A stretch of 64,000 nt of DNA from Candidatus Latescibacterota bacterium (GCA_965223905.1 CBDCXV010000010.1:1568001-1632000); one strand, 5' to 3'. Shown: positions 10,041-21,113, numbered from the stretch's first letter. Made by a program: numbers and translations. Notes: generated by a model not told the origin, from the sequence alone.

Positions 10041-10814
10041 TCAGTCCTTTCCGTGAGCCGCCCGCTCGCGAGCCGCTCTCTGGTCTCCGGGAAACCGGCA
10101 GCCGCGGCGCAGGCAACAGCCGCGGCATTCCGGCTTGGCGCGGCAGCGTTCTACCGCGTGCCGAACCAGGAGGGCGTGGTACTCCTCGAACAGACCGGCG
10201 TCGGCCGGCAGCGCCGAGGTGAACAGGGTCTGCAGCTCCTCGTAGCGGACTCCGTTTTCGACCCAGCCGAGCCGGGAGCAGATGCGCCGAGTGTAGGCGT
10301 CGACGACGAAACAGGGATGGCCGCCGGCGTACAGCAGGATGGAGTCCGCGGTCTCCGGTCCGACCCCCATCAGGGAGAGCAGCTCGCCGCGCAGGGAGGC
10401 GGTGGGCCGGCGCAGCATCGCGGTGGTGCTGCCCCCGTAGTTCTCCACCACGTGGCCTGCGAGTCCGCGCAACCGCTCCGCCTTCTGATTGTAGTACCCG
10501 GAAGATCGAATCACTTCCGCAAGCTTCTCGACAGGTACCCCGCACAGTTTCCGGGGAGTCCGGATCCGCCGCCGGGCGAGGGCGGTCAGCGCCTGCTCGG
10601 CGTTGTGCCAGGAGGTGTTCTGCGTGAGGATCGCCCCGACGACGATCTCCCAGCGCTCGCGGTCGCTCAAGCGGCGCCGTGTCGCACCCGGGTAGTACCG
10701 GGGAGTGATCTCGTTTTCCGGGGTCGTCGGCCACCAGCCCTGGGGGCCGTAACAGTCGTGGAGTCTTTTGAACAGGGTGCGCGGTTTCAAGGACCGGAAA
10801 ATCGCCCGCCGCAC
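10041..10814 (-). CDS. Endonuclease III-related HhH-GPD DNA glycosylase
   Basis: GAILTQNTSW, GVGPETADSILLYA, VDAY and a C-terminal 4Fe-4S Cys motif. Confidence 0.9.
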   Translation of the reverse strand: MRRAIFRSLKPRTLFKRLHDCYGPQGWWPTTPENEITPRYYPGATRRRLSDRERWEIVVGAILTQNTSWHNAEQALTALARRRIRTPRKLCGVPVEKLAEVIRSSGYYNQKAERLRGLAGHVVENYGGSTTAMLRRPTASLRGELLSLMGVGPETADSILLYAGGHPCFVVDAYTRRICSRLGWVENGVRYEELQTLFTSALPADAGLFEEYHALLVRHAVERCRAKPECRGCCLRRGCRFPGDQRAARERAAHGKD

Positions 10815-10879
10815 TCTGGCAGGTCAAGGCGGGCGCGCCTAAATTGACCGCCTTTGCAACGAACCGGAAAGGGTGAATC

Positions 10880-11968
10880 ATGACGGAAAAGACCTACAAG
10901 GCCGCGGCGATCGGCCACACCGGGGCAGGCGGCTTCGGCCACGGGCTGCACCTGGCGTACGAGGGAAACGAGCGCGTCGAATTCGTCGCCGTGAGCGACC
11001 CGGACGAGGAGGGCCGGGCAAAGGCGCAGCAGGAGACCGCTGCCCCGCGCTCCTATGCCGATCACGAGCGGATGCTCGCCGGCGAGGAGCTCGACATCGT
11101 CAGCGTCGGCCCGCGCTGGCCCGGCTGCCACGTCGAGCTGGTGACCGCCTGCATGGAGGCCGGAGCCCACGTGTACTGCGAGAAACCGATGACCTCCAAC
11201 CTGGCCGACGGAGACCTTCTGGTCTCCAGGGCTGAGCAGCTGGGAAAGAAGATCGCCGTAGCCCACCAGGGGGTGTACCTGCCGCAGGCGCGCGCCGTGA
11301 GGGAGGCGCTTGAAGGCGGCAGGATCGGCGACGTGCAGGCGGTGTACGCCCACGGCAAGCAGGACCGGCGCGGCGGCGGCGAGGACATGATGGTGCTGGG
11401 GACCCACCTGTTCAACATGATGCGGTATCTCCTCGGCGACGTGCGCTGGATGTCCGGGCACGTCAGCGTCGAGGGCCGGGAGGCCACCCCTGCGGACGTG
11501 CGCAAGCCGACCGAGCCGATAGGACCGGTGGCCGGGGACAGCATCCACTCCTACTTCGCCTTCCAGTCCGGGGTCAGCGGCCATTTCGATTCCCGCGTCG
11601 AGGCTTCCGGCGGCGACGGCATGCGCATGGGCCTGGAGATCGTCGGCAGCGGCGGCATCCTGGCGCTTCGGGGCGGGAGCCCGGACGGGGCGATGCTGTA
11701 TCCCCACGGGACCTTCATGCCCGGCGATCCCGGCCAGGCCTGGGTGCCGCTGCTCGAGCCAGGGGACGGCTCCCTGGGGACGGGCAACCAGCTGGCGATC
11801 GCCGACCTGATTGAAGCGCTGGAGACCGACCGCAAGCCGGTCTCCAGCGCCTCCGACGCGGTCGCCGCCCTCGAGATGATCCTCGGGGCCTACGAGTCGC
11901 ACATCACCGGGGGGCGGGTGGAGCTGCCGATGGCGAACCGCAGCCATCCCCTGCTGGCCTGGAAGTGA
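10880..11968 (+). CDS. Gfo/Idh/MocA oxidoreductase
   Basis: HVYCEKPM, GTH motifs. Confidence 0.9.
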   Translation: MTEKTYKAAAIGHTGAGGFGHGLHLAYEGNERVEFVAVSDPDEEGRAKAQQETAAPRSYADHERMLAGEELDIVSVGPRWPGCHVELVTACMEAGAHVYCEKPMTSNLADGDLLVSRAEQLGKKIAVAHQGVYLPQARAVREALEGGRIGDVQAVYAHGKQDRRGGGEDMMVLGTHLFNMMRYLLGDVRWMSGHVSVEGREATPADVRKPTEPIGPVAGDSIHSYFAFQSGVSGHFDSRVEASGGDGMRMGLEIVGSGGILALRGGSPDGAMLYPHGTFMPGDPGQAWVPLLEPGDGSLGTGNQLAIADLIEALETDRKPVSSASDAVAALEMILGAYESHITGGRVELPMANRSHPLLAWK

Positions 11969-13422
11969 CGATGCCGGGCCGCACCGTCCCGCACGAGGTC
12001 ATTCCCAGCTCGAACCTGCCGCCGGTCTCGTACCGCGACCTGCCGGAAGCCCCTCCCTGGAAGAGGCTGATCGGCCCGAGCCTGCTGCTGCTCGGGCTTT
12101 CGATCGGCAGCGGCGAGTTCGTGCTCTGGCCCTACATCTCCTACAAGTTCGGCTTCGCGGTGTTCTGGGCCTGCATGGTCGGCATCACCACCCAGTACTT
12201 CATCAACATGGAGATCGAGCGCTGGACCCTGGCGACCGGGGAGACGGCGATCACAGGGTTCTGCCGCCTGTGGAAGCACTGGGCAGGCATCTTCCTGCTG
12301 TGCAACATCGTCCCCTGGGTGTGGCCCGGCTGGGCCTCCGGGGCGGCGACGATAATGACCTGGGAGCTGGGGGGCGGCGAGGGAGTGCGGGTGGCGTATT
12401 CGATCGCCAGCCTGATCGCCGTCGGCCTGGCGCTGACCCTGGGTCCGGTGGTCTACAACACCGTCGAGAAGATCCAGATGATCCTGATCGCCGCGATCTT
12501 CCTGGCGATGATCGCGCTGTTCTTCCTCGTGGTGAGGATGACCCACGTCGCCGACATGTTCGCAGGCATCCTCAACGTCGGCCACGTCCCGGAGGGCATG
12601 GAGCTGCCCCTGCTGCTCGGCGCCATAGCGTTCGCCGGGGCCGGGGGGACGATGAACCTGGTGCAGAGCGACTACGTGCGCGAGAAGGGGTACGCCATGG
12701 GCCGCTTCGCCGGGCGCCTGACGAGCCCGCTGACAGGCAGGGAAGAGGTCGTCGCCGGGGTCGGCTACCACTTCGAGGCGACGCCGGAAAACGCCAGCCG
12801 CTGGCGCGCCTGGTGGAAGGCCGCCAACAGGGAGCACCTGCTCAGCTTCTACATGCTGTCCGTGGTTTCGCTGATAATGCTGTCCCTCATAGCCTACGCG
12901 ACCACCCGCCACCTGCCGGAGCTCGGAAGCGGGATCGGCTTCATCCGCGTCGAAGGGGAGTTCATCGGCGACCAGTACGGGGCCCTGTTCGAGCACGCCT
13001 TCCTGTGGATGGGAGTCGCCATCCTGCTGACGACGGAGCTGGGGCTGCTCGACGCCTGCGCCCGCATCTCGACCGACATCATCAAGGTGAACTGGCTGCG
13101 GGACAGCGAGCGCTGGCCCGACAACCGGCTCTACTTCGCCCTGCTGTGGGGGCAGATCGCGCTCGGCTGCCTCATCATGCTGGCGGGCCTCGCGGTTCCC
13201 GGCTTCACCCAGCCGCTGGTGCTGCTCGTGCTCAGCGCCTCGCTGAACGGGGGGGTGATGCTGCTCTACTCGGTGCTGCTGCTGTGGATGAACAACCGCA
13301 TCCTCGGGGCGGGCTTGAAGATGTCGGTGGTCCGCTTCGCCGCCATCGTCTGGTCCTGCGCCTTCTTCGGGTATTTCACCATCATCACGCTGAACAACCA
13401 GCTGCCGAGGCTGTTCGGCTGA
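11965..13422 (+). CDS. Nramp-like membrane transporter
   Basis: GPSLLLLGLSIGSGE, RWTLATGE, AFAGAGG; multiple TM helices. Confidence 0.75.
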   Translation: MTMPGRTVPHEVIPSSNLPPVSYRDLPEAPPWKRLIGPSLLLLGLSIGSGEFVLWPYISYKFGFAVFWACMVGITTQYFINMEIERWTLATGETAITGFCRLWKHWAGIFLLCNIVPWVWPGWASGAATIMTWELGGGEGVRVAYSIASLIAVGLALTLGPVVYNTVEKIQMILIAAIFLAMIALFFLVVRMTHVADMFAGILNVGHVPEGMELPLLLGAIAFAGAGGTMNLVQSDYVREKGYAMGRFAGRLTSPLTGREEVVAGVGYHFEATPENASRWRAWWKAANREHLLSFYMLSVVSLIMLSLIAYATTRHLPELGSGIGFIRVEGEFIGDQYGALFEHAFLWMGVAILLTTELGLLDACARISTDIIKVNWLRDSERWPDNRLYFALLWGQIALGCLIMLAGLAVPGFTQPLVLLVLSASLNGGVMLLYSVLLLWMNNRILGAGLKMSVVRFAAIVWSCAFFGYFTIITLNNQLPRLFG

Positions 13423-13644
13423 GGTGCCGCGGGCTGGCCGCCCGCTTGATGCCGGTCTCTTGCGGCAGAAACCTGGCCGGATGCAGGCGGGTTACCGGGC
13501 TGGCTACGCACCGCCTTCCTGAAACGCCGCCAATCCGGCCGAAGGCTGTGCAGGCGCGCGATCGTTCGGGTCTGTCCCCGGTAGGCGCATTCAGGGTGCT
13601 CCCGGCCAACCAGCCGCCTTGAAGCCCCCAGGGCCTGCGGAAGC

Positions 13645-15219
13645 CTACACGCGATAGGCGAACAGCTTGGCCCCGAGCATGCGCACCCGGATGCCGACCG
13701 CCTCGCCGGCCGCGGAGATGTCCGAACGGCCCTTCCAGGTCACCACCCGGTCCTCGCAGTTCCCCGTCAGGCGGTCGCACTCGTCGAAGCTGAATCCCGG
13801 CAGCGGGTCGGCGTCGGGGAGCATCAGCGACGGCAGCTTCTCGAGCAGCTCGATCTGGATCCAGCCTCCCGGCTCGCAACGGTAGTTGAGGCGCAGCTCG
13901 TCGTGGACCCGGAACAGGGAGGGCAGGGAGAAGCTGCCTTCGGTCTCGGCGCGGATCCCGCAGAACCGGTGCGGGCGCCAGCGCGCCCAGCGGATCTGCT
14001 GCGGCTGACGCGACGGGAAGAGCTCCGGCAGCTTCTCTTCCGGGCAGTCGTGGATGACGGAGAAGGAGGCGTACGGACAGGCCCAGTACCCGTCGGGCAG
14101 CTCGACGATGCCGCTGCGCCAGAAGTGGGCCATGCACTCGTCGCCGTCCCCCTCGGCGCCCAGCGGCAGGATCGGCCGGCGCTCGGGGCGGGACCAGTAG
14201 AGGCCGTCGCGGCTGAAGGCGATCTGGCCGTCGATGGTGCTGGCGATCTGGTGGTAGACCGGGATGAGCATGCCGTGCAGGTCGTCGCGGCCCGGGTACG
14301 GGAAGTAGTTGGCGCCGTAGAAGCTGATGTCGGGCGGGTCCTCGCTGTCGGGGTGATGGACCAGCTTGGGAGCGGGCCAGCGGGTGAAGTCGTCGGTGCG
14401 CGAGAAGCCGATGGTGCGGATCTGCATGCCCTGCTCGAGCCGGTTGACGCCGATGCCGTCGAGGAGTCCGGCCGGGTACCCCATCAGCTGGATGTAGGCG
14501 AAGTAGTTGCCGCGGTGCTCGTCGTAACGCGCCGATATGCCGCCGTTGACGGGCCGCCTCGCCAGCGGCTCGGCCAGCGGCGTCCAGCGCACGCCGTCGG
14601 GTGAGGTCCAGGCGAGCATGTCGCCGGCGATCTCCGCCCTGGGGCCGGCGTAATCCGCCTGCTCCTGCTCCGCCTTGATGCGCCGGGAGGGTTCCTCTCC
14701 GGACAGCTCCTCCCCGGTCTCCGGGTCGCACCAGTACATGCGGCCCCCCATCGCCTTGAAGCGCTCTTCGGGAGGGGCGCTCGGATCCTCGAAGATCCCA
14801 GTGGTGCCTTCGCACGGGCGGGAGATCAGGTTGTTCGCGGTCGAGCCGTTGAACTCGACCGCGTCGAGCTCGGGCCGCGTCCAGTTGTAGGCATCGTCGC
14901 TGACCGCGTAGCACTGGCCCCCTTCGCTGCCGTAGAGCATGTGGAGGCGCCCGTCCCGCTGCCAGACGTAGAGCGGCGAGAGGTGAATGCCCTCCCACTC
15001 CTTCTCCGCCTGCAGGATCGGCTCTGACTTGAGCGCCTCCTCGATCTCGAAGCGGATCCCCAGCGGGGCGTCGTAGAGCTCGAGCTCGCCATCCCTGCTG
15101 GAGCCGCGGTGCCCGGGGAAGACGTCGATCATGTCGACCAGGGGACTCCAGGCTCCGGAGTTCAGGCGGATGCGCGGCGGGCGGCGTTTGTAACCCTTCT
15201 TTTCGCTGCTGTCGGTCAT
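13645..15219 (-). CDS. Hypothetical beta-propeller/glycoside hydrolase-like protein
   Basis: Asp-box-like repeats (SDDAYNW, SPDGVRW, TDDFTRW, SRDGLYW); C-terminal AKLFAYR. Confidence 0.65.
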   Translation of the reverse strand: MTDSSEKKGYKRRPPRIRLNSGAWSPLVDMIDVFPGHRGSSRDGELELYDAPLGIRFEIEEALKSEPILQAEKEWEGIHLSPLYVWQRDGRLHMLYGSEGGQCYAVSDDAYNWTRPELDAVEFNGSTANNLISRPCEGTTGIFEDPSAPPEERFKAMGGRMYWCDPETGEELSGEEPSRRIKAEQEQADYAGPRAEIAGDMLAWTSPDGVRWTPLAEPLARRPVNGGISARYDEHRGNYFAYIQLMGYPAGLLDGIGVNRLEQGMQIRTIGFSRTDDFTRWPAPKLVHHPDSEDPPDISFYGANYFPYPGRDDLHGMLIPVYHQIASTIDGQIAFSRDGLYWSRPERRPILPLGAEGDGDECMAHFWRSGIVELPDGYWACPYASFSVIHDCPEEKLPELFPSRQPQQIRWARWRPHRFCGIRAETEGSFSLPSLFRVHDELRLNYRCEPGGWIQIELLEKLPSLMLPDADPLPGFSFDECDRLTGNCEDRVVTWKGRSDISAAGEAVGIRVRMLGAKLFAYRV

Positions 15220-15509
15220 CGGGCAGTCCTTCGGCAAGCTGTCGATGGGACCAGAAGGTAGGCCAACCCGGGCTTGTACGCCGGGGCGGACGGGTGCCGC
15301 CGGGCCGGGTCCGAGTGCGAAAAGAGGGCGCAGCCAGCCGAACAGAGCGACGGCCGGATTCAGGCGGACCTGCCCGCGCCGACACTGGAAAAACAACGGC
15401 CCCGAAGCCGGATGACGCCGCCGGGATTCGCGGCCAGGGAGGTCGACGCAGGGTGTCCCATCGGTTTGATTGGGCGACTTCGACGCGGCCCCCCGGGGCG
15501 TCAGGCGGT

Positions 15510-15879
15510 CGCGGACCACCGAGGTCTCACCCGGACGGCCATTCTCCTTTCAGGGCGGCATCGCGGAGATCAGGGGCAGGAGGTTCCTCGGTTCCAAGAC
15601 GCGGTTCCGATCCCGTGACGAAGCGTGGCGTGACAGGGAGACTGCCGCACCTGGTACGATCCGCACCGCGAGCAGGCGGACATCGACCGGTCGCTCCGGT
15701 GGGTGCTGTCCCAGCCGGTGCACACCGCCCCGAGCTGCGGCGAGGTGAGCCTGCTGCCCAGGGTGCTGGACGCCGCCGAACGGTTCGCCGCCATGACCCT
15801 GGAAGAGCAGCAGGCCGCGGTCGCAGCGCAGCATCCCCCGGTGCCGCTCCCGGAGCTGGCGATTCCCGCCGAGGGGTGA
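15510..15879 (+). pseudogene. Aldo/keto reductase remnant with a large internal deletion
   Basis: FLGSKTRFRSRDEAWRD joined out of frame to TWYDPHREQADIDRSLRWVLSQPV...EG*. Confidence 0.5.
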
Positions 15880-15915
15880 GCTGCCATCCCCTGAACCGGG
15901 GGCTCGGACAGGGGC

Positions 15916-16869
15916 TCAGTCGGCGTAGCGGCCGAACCGCACGGCAGATCTTCCGCGGCGCAGGCGCCGCGACGGCATGACGAGGACACAGTCCGGATAG
16001 GGAGTCCGGATCGCCCGGTCTCCGTCCCAGGCGATGACGGTGCCCTGGTCCGGAATGACCTCCAGGCCCTGGTACTCCTCGACGAACCGGAAACAATCGC
16101 TCTCGATGGTCACCGGTCCGCTCACCTCGATGATCCGTTGCGCCTCCTGCGCGGTCCGCGGAAGCCGCTCCTCGACCCATTGGCGCTCCACCGCTCCGGA
16201 GCAGGCCAGGAACCGCAGCGCAACCTCGATGGCTGTCTCCGCGGTCCGGCGCGACCAGTGCTGACCGCACTCGACGAGCAGGGCATTGCGGGTGCTCCGG
16301 GGATCCCCGAAGGCGGCGTAGTCGCGCAGCCGCGTGCCCGCGGCGTGGCCCGCGTCACGGACGACATGGCCCGGGGTGCCGACGTCGAGGGCGAGGCGCC
16401 TCCCCTTGGCGAGGGGGCCGGCGAGCATCAACGGCGACGCCGCGTGCTGCATGGAATGGATGTCGAGCAACAGGTCGACGGTGTCGACCAGCGGGCGAAC
16501 CTCCCTGGCGCGCCGGAGCTCGACGCTGTCGCGGGGGCCGTCGAGCACCTCGGCGGACCAGACCCGGTTCAAATCCTCGTCGACGAAGCGCGATTCCAAC
16601 GGGTCTCCGGGATCGAACCGGGCGTAGGCCGCGACGTTCATGAAAGCCAGGGTGAGTTTGCCCCGGCGCAGGGAGGCTTCTTCGCGCAGCAGGTAGTCGA
16701 GAGCGTGCGCGCCGCAGGGCTCGTTGCCGTGCACCAGGGCGCTCACCATCACATGGGAGCCGGGTACGCCGCTGTCGAGAGTCGTCACGTACTCGATACC
16801 GGTATTTCCAATGCGATACGGCGAGATGTCGAGCGCATCGAGCTCGACCGGGTACAGGTTGTCGATCAT
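15916..16869 (-). CDS. Succinylglutamate desuccinylase/aspartoacylase (M14) family
   Basis: HGNEPCG, DLNR, DIHSM and VECGQH motifs. Confidence 0.85.
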   Translation of the reverse strand: MIDNLYPVELDALDISPYRIGNTGIEYVTTLDSGVPGSHVMVSALVHGNEPCGAHALDYLLREEASLRRGKLTLAFMNVAAYARFDPGDPLESRFVDEDLNRVWSAEVLDGPRDSVELRRAREVRPLVDTVDLLLDIHSMQHAASPLMLAGPLAKGRRLALDVGTPGHVVRDAGHAAGTRLRDYAAFGDPRSTRNALLVECGQHWSRRTAETAIEVALRFLACSGAVERQWVEERLPRTAQEAQRIIEVSGPVTIESDCFRFVEEYQGLEVIPDQGTVIAWDGDRAIRTPYPDCVLVMPSRRLRRGRSAVRFGRYAD

Positions 16870-17051
16870 TCAGCAGGTCGATACGGAGGAGGGGGTGAAA
16901 TGGGCTGCCGACCGGAAGGAGCGCTGGAGGGAGGTGGCCCGGTCCCGGGCCGCGGGATGACCCCGGCCATCCTCCCTACCGGCCTGTGGGCCCCGGCCGC
17001 TTTCCCTTTTTCCGGTACATTAACCGAGACCAATACTCGAGGAGAAACGAG

Positions 17052-18029
17052 ATGATCGAGATCGCCGAAGTCCTGCCCTCCCACCCGACGCCCCTTTGGA
17101 GAATGGTAAAGCAATGCGGCGTCGACCACGTGGTCGGCAGCTTCGCCATCCCCGGGGACCCAGCCGGGGTCCACCCCGAGCAGCGGCCCTGGAGCTATAC
17201 CAACCTCGTCAGGATGAAAACCGCGTTCAACGACGGCGGCTTCTCCCTCGACGTCATCGAGAGCCGCCCGCCCCTCGACAAGGCGAAGCTGGGTCTGTCG
17301 GACCGGGACGAGGAGATCGAGTACGCCTGCGAGCTGATCCGCAACCTGGGCAGGCTCGGCATTCCGGTCTGGTGCACGGAGTGGATGCCGGTGCTCAACT
17401 GGACCCGCACGTCGATGGCCGCCCCCGGGCGCGGCGGCGCCATGGTCACCGGCTTCGACAACGAGCTGATGAAGAACGCCCCCCTGACCGAGGCCGGCGT
17501 CGTCACCGAGGAGCAGCTCTGGGACAACCTGGAGTACTTCCTCGAAAAGGTCGTGCCGGTCGCCGAGGAAGCCGGGGTCCGGCTCGCCATGCACCCCGAC
17601 GATCCGCCCCTGTCACCGCTGCGCGGAATGGGGCGGATCATGCGCAGCGTCGAAAACTACCAGAAGCTCCTCGACCTGGTGCCGAGTTCGGCCAACGGCA
17701 TCTGCCTGTGCCAGGGCAACTTCACCCTGATGACGGAGGATTTGCCCGGAGTCATCCGCCACTTCGGGAACCGCATCCATTTCGTCCACTTCCGCGACGT
17801 GCGCGGCAAGCCCGAAAAATTCGTCGAGACCTTCCACGACGAAGGTCAGACCGACATGCGCGCCTGCATGGAAGCCTACCGCGACATCGGCTTCGAGGGG
17901 GTGCTGCGCCCCGACCACGTGCCGACCATGGAGGGGGACCGGAACGACAGCCCGGGCTACTCGTCGATCGGGCGCCTGTTCGCCATCGGCTATATCAAGG
18001 GGCTGCGCGAGGCGGTGTACGCAGGGTGA
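17052..18029 (+). CDS. uxuA: Mannonate dehydratase
   Basis: AMHPDDPP, HFVHFRDV, ETFHDEG, RPDH and FAIGYIKGL motifs. Confidence 0.9.
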   Translation: MIEIAEVLPSHPTPLWRMVKQCGVDHVVGSFAIPGDPAGVHPEQRPWSYTNLVRMKTAFNDGGFSLDVIESRPPLDKAKLGLSDRDEEIEYACELIRNLGRLGIPVWCTEWMPVLNWTRTSMAAPGRGGAMVTGFDNELMKNAPLTEAGVVTEEQLWDNLEYFLEKVVPVAEEAGVRLAMHPDDPPLSPLRGMGRIMRSVENYQKLLDLVPSSANGICLCQGNFTLMTEDLPGVIRHFGNRIHFVHFRDVRGKPEKFVETFHDEGQTDMRACMEAYRDIGFEGVLRPDHVPTMEGDRNDSPGYSSIGRLFAIGYIKGLREAVYAG

Positions 18030-18124
18030 CGAAGGCGGGCGGGGTCCCTTTGCCCGGGCACCCTTGCCCCGTGCACCGGCGCACGGCATAGTTGCAGGCT
18101 TCTGACGAAACAGGGAGGCAAACC

Positions 18125-19156
18125 ATGAGCCAGTGGAAGTGGACGGATGCGCGCCAGCTCTGCGTCGAGGGACGGGGTTGGGAGGATACGAAAGAGTTCT
18201 TCAACCGGCTCCCAACGCGGGCGGAAGCCATCGTGCGCCCGGAGATCTGGGACCTGAGCCGCCATACTACCGGGATCACGGTGCGGTTCTCGTCGAATGC
18301 AAGGGAAATCCGGGCGCGGTGGTCGTTGGGAGATCCCACCCTCAGCGTCAACCACACGCCGATCTACGCGTACAGCGGCCTCGATCTGTATGCGAAAACC
18401 CCCGAGGGAAGCTGGCGCTGGGTCGGGCAGGCGACGACCATCTCCCAGCACGCCGAATCCATACTCACTCCGTATGGAGACCTCGACGGCGACCTGCACG
18501 AGTTCCGTCTCTATCTCCCCATATACAACGCGGTGACCTCTCTCGAAATCGGCGTGCCGGCGACGGCCGCGATCGAAACGGAGGCCCCCCGTCCGGAGCG
18601 GGCGATCGCTTACTACGGTACCTCCATCGTTCACGGCGCCGGCGCCTCCCGCCCCGGCATGACTCACGCGGCCATTCTCGGGCGCCGTCTCGACTATCCC
18701 CTCCTCAACCTGGGATTCTCCGGCAACGCCATCATGGAGCCGGAGGTCGCCCGGTTCCTGGCGGAACTGAATGTGGTTGCCTACGTCCTCGATCCGCTTC
18801 CCAACATGCCGGCGGAGAGGATCGACGGCTTTGCCAGGGAGTTCGTCCGCATCATCCGCGGGGCTCATCCCCGGACTCCGATCGTTCTGGTCGAGGACAG
18901 GGGCTATCCGGCCGGCTGGATAACCCCGGGCAGCAGGCGGGAAAACATCGAACGCCGCCGCTCGCTGAAGCTTGCGTTCGCCGACTTGCTCAACGAATCC
19001 GCGGGCCCACTCCACTATATCGAAGGGGAGGGGTTGTTGGGGATCGACGGCGACGGCACCAACGACGGGTCGCACGCGAGCGATCTGGGCGCCAGCCGCA
19101 TGGCGGACGCGCTCGAGCCTGTGCTGAAGGGGATTCTCGACGAGCGGTACCAATAG
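18125..19156 (+). CDS. SGNH/GDSL hydrolase with N-terminal GxDLY domain
   Basis: SGLDLY, YGTSI, NLGFSG and DGSH motifs. Confidence 0.85.
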   Translation: MSQWKWTDARQLCVEGRGWEDTKEFFNRLPTRAEAIVRPEIWDLSRHTTGITVRFSSNAREIRARWSLGDPTLSVNHTPIYAYSGLDLYAKTPEGSWRWVGQATTISQHAESILTPYGDLDGDLHEFRLYLPIYNAVTSLEIGVPATAAIETEAPRPERAIAYYGTSIVHGAGASRPGMTHAAILGRRLDYPLLNLGFSGNAIMEPEVARFLAELNVVAYVLDPLPNMPAERIDGFAREFVRIIRGAHPRTPIVLVEDRGYPAGWITPGSRRENIERRRSLKLAFADLLNESAGPLHYIEGEGLLGIDGDGTNDGSHASDLGASRMADALEPVLKGILDERYQ

Positions 19157-19309
19157 CGGGTGTTCGGGTGCTCCCGGGGTACTGCCGTGGGATTCGGCTG
19201 CTCCAGGCCGGGTGATGTCCGGCTGTCGCCGGAGCTGGGAGTAGGGCTGGCCAAAAAAAGGCGGCGCCGATCAGTCCAACCGCCGCCGCCCGATGGCCCA
19301 TGCCCTGGC

Positions 19310-19726
19310 CTAGTGGTGCGACCGGCCGCCGCCGCGCCTGCCCCTGCCACCGTGCCCGCCCCCGGATCGCTTTCCGGGGCGGTCCCGGCGCTCTTCCCGC
19401 AGCTCCTGCAGGCGCTCGAACTGCCCGTCGCTCAACACCTTTTTCAGTTCCCCCTCCGTCTCCTCGCGCAGCGCCTTCATCTGCTCCCGCGCTTCGCGCC
19501 GGGTCTCGCGGTGCTCGGCGAAGAGCTCCCTGCGCTTCTCCTTCTGGGCTGCCAGGATCGCTTCCACCTGCGTCTTCTGCTCTTCGTTGAGGTCCAGTTC
19601 CTCGAGCAGGGCGGCGTGCCCTTTCCCGCGCCGGGTCTCCTTCTCTTCGTTCTCCGAGTCCGCGGTGGCCGGAAGCGTCCCCAGGATCAGGACGGCGGCG
19701 GCGGTGATGGACGTGATGGCCTTCAT
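19310..19726 (-). CDS. Spy/CpxP-like periplasmic helical protein
   Basis: Signal peptide; LDLNEEQK and VLSDGQ (LTxxQ-like) motifs. Confidence 0.65.
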   Translation of the reverse strand: MKAITSITAAAVLILGTLPATADSENEEKETRRGKGHAALLEELDLNEEQKTQVEAILAAQKEKRRELFAEHRETRREAREQMKALREETEGELKKVLSDGQFERLQELREERRDRPGKRSGGGHGGRGRRGGGRSHH

Positions 19727-19967
19727 GGCGTTCCTCCCATCGTGTGGGTTTCGGCGCGGCTGATTCCGTGCCGTTGTTTCTGCTTTCACGCGATTGGACA
19801 ACGCGGATCCTTCGTTCATTCCAGTTTTTTTCGGGGCTGCCCAAAAAAGAGAGGTTTGCAAGGCCGGCCCTGAAGAGGGGAGGTTGCGGAGGTACGGGGG
19901 ATCTGCTTCGGTTGTGCAAGGTGGCCGGGGTCGTACGGTCTCCCAAGGCGTCAACCCTGACGCGTTG

Positions 19968-21113
19968 CTATACCGCCAAAGGCGGCTGGCCGGGTCTCAG
20001 CTGTTGGAGGAACTGATCGACAGGCAGGCACAGGACTCCGTCCACCACCAGCCGCTCGGCGCCGCGGTACAGGTAGACGGGCTTCCCCTCCGGGTAGTCC
20101 TCGCAGAAGGCGCGCAGCCCTCGCAGGTCCGAGCCGCGTACCGCGGCCGTGTTCTTTACCTCGAAGGCCCACAAACCCAGCTCGCCGTAGATGACGAAGT
20201 CGACCTCGGTCCCGGAGGGTGTCCGCCAGAAGGACAGGCTGTGCCCGGCAAGTGTCAGCTCCGCCCACGCCCGCAGGTGCTGAGCCACCAGCCCTTCCAG
20301 GGCGCCGCCGTCGATCTCCTCGGGACGGTCGAGGGGTCCGGTGGGGCGGAGGGAACGGAAAACCCCGGCGTCGAAGAGGTAGAGCTTGGGCCGGGAGGTG
20401 ACCTGACGGCCGGCGCGCCGGCGGAACACCGGCAGGCGAAAGGCGAGCAGGAGGTCCTCCAGGATCTCGACGTATCCCTCCACGGTCTTGCGCCCCACTG
20501 CGCATTCCCGGGCGAGGTTGCTGACGTTCAGCAGGCTTCCGTGGGAGAAGGAGACCGATTCGAGGAAGCGCGTGAACTGCCCGATGTTTCGCACCAGTCC
20601 CTCTGCCTGGACCTCTTCGCGCAGGTACAGCGACGCATAGGCCCGCAGCGCATCCGGACCCTCGCGAGATACCAGGGGCAGCATGCCCTCGCGCAGGGCG
20701 CGTTGGAGATCGAAGCTCCCGGCCAGTTCGGCGGCCATGAAGGGATGCATGGTTCGCAGCACGGCCCGGCCGCCGAGCAGATCGACTCCGGTCCTGCGGA
20801 TCTTGCGCGCGCTGGAGCCGGTCAGGGCGAAGATCGTTCCCCTCGAGTCGATGAGGCTGTGGACGACGTCGAGCAACTCCGGCACCTTCTGCACCTCGTC
20901 GACGACGACCGGCACGCCCTCGCTGCCCAGGACGAGATCCCGCAGGCGCTCGGGGCGGGCCAGGAGGGCTCGATGGACCTCGGGCTGGAGCAGATCGACC
21001 CAGAGCGCTTCCGGGAATCGCTGGCGCAGCCAGGTCGACTTGCCGGTTCCCCGGGGTCCGAAGAGAAAGAAGCTTCCCTGCGGCGGGCTAAAAAATCTCC
21101 CTACAATCTCCAT
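19968..21113 (-). CDS. AAA_14 ATPase with C-terminal DUF4143 PD-(D/E)xK domain
   Basis: GPRGTGKST, VVDEVQKVP, LTGSS, PKLYLFDAG, EVDF and FEVK motifs. Confidence 0.9.
   Translation of the reverse strand: MEIVGRFFSPPQGSFFLFGPRGTGKSTWLRQRFPEALWVDLLQPEVHRALLARPERLRDLVLGSEGVPVVVDEVQKVPELLDVVHSLIDSRGTIFALTGSSARKIRRTGVDLLGGRAVLRTMHPFMAAELAGSFDLQRALREGMLPLVSREGPDALRAYASLYLREEVQAEGLVRNIGQFTRFLESVSFSHGSLLNVSNLARECAVGRKTVEGYVEILEDLLLAFRLPVFRRRAGRQVTSRPKLYLFDAGVFRSLRPTGPLDRPEEIDGGALEGLVAQHLRAWAELTLAGHSLSFWRTPSGTEVDFVIYGELGLWAFEVKNTAAVRGSDLRGLRAFCEDYPEGKPVYLYRGAERLVVDGVLCLPVDQFLQQLRPGQPPLAV

Noticed and set aside
13385-15385. 666-aa and other long alternative-frame or antisense ORFs (e.g. 21263-23344, 43419-45002, 6620-7918)
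   Set aside because: Arg/Pro/Gly-rich shadow ORFs of GC-rich genes that have clear family motifs in another frame.
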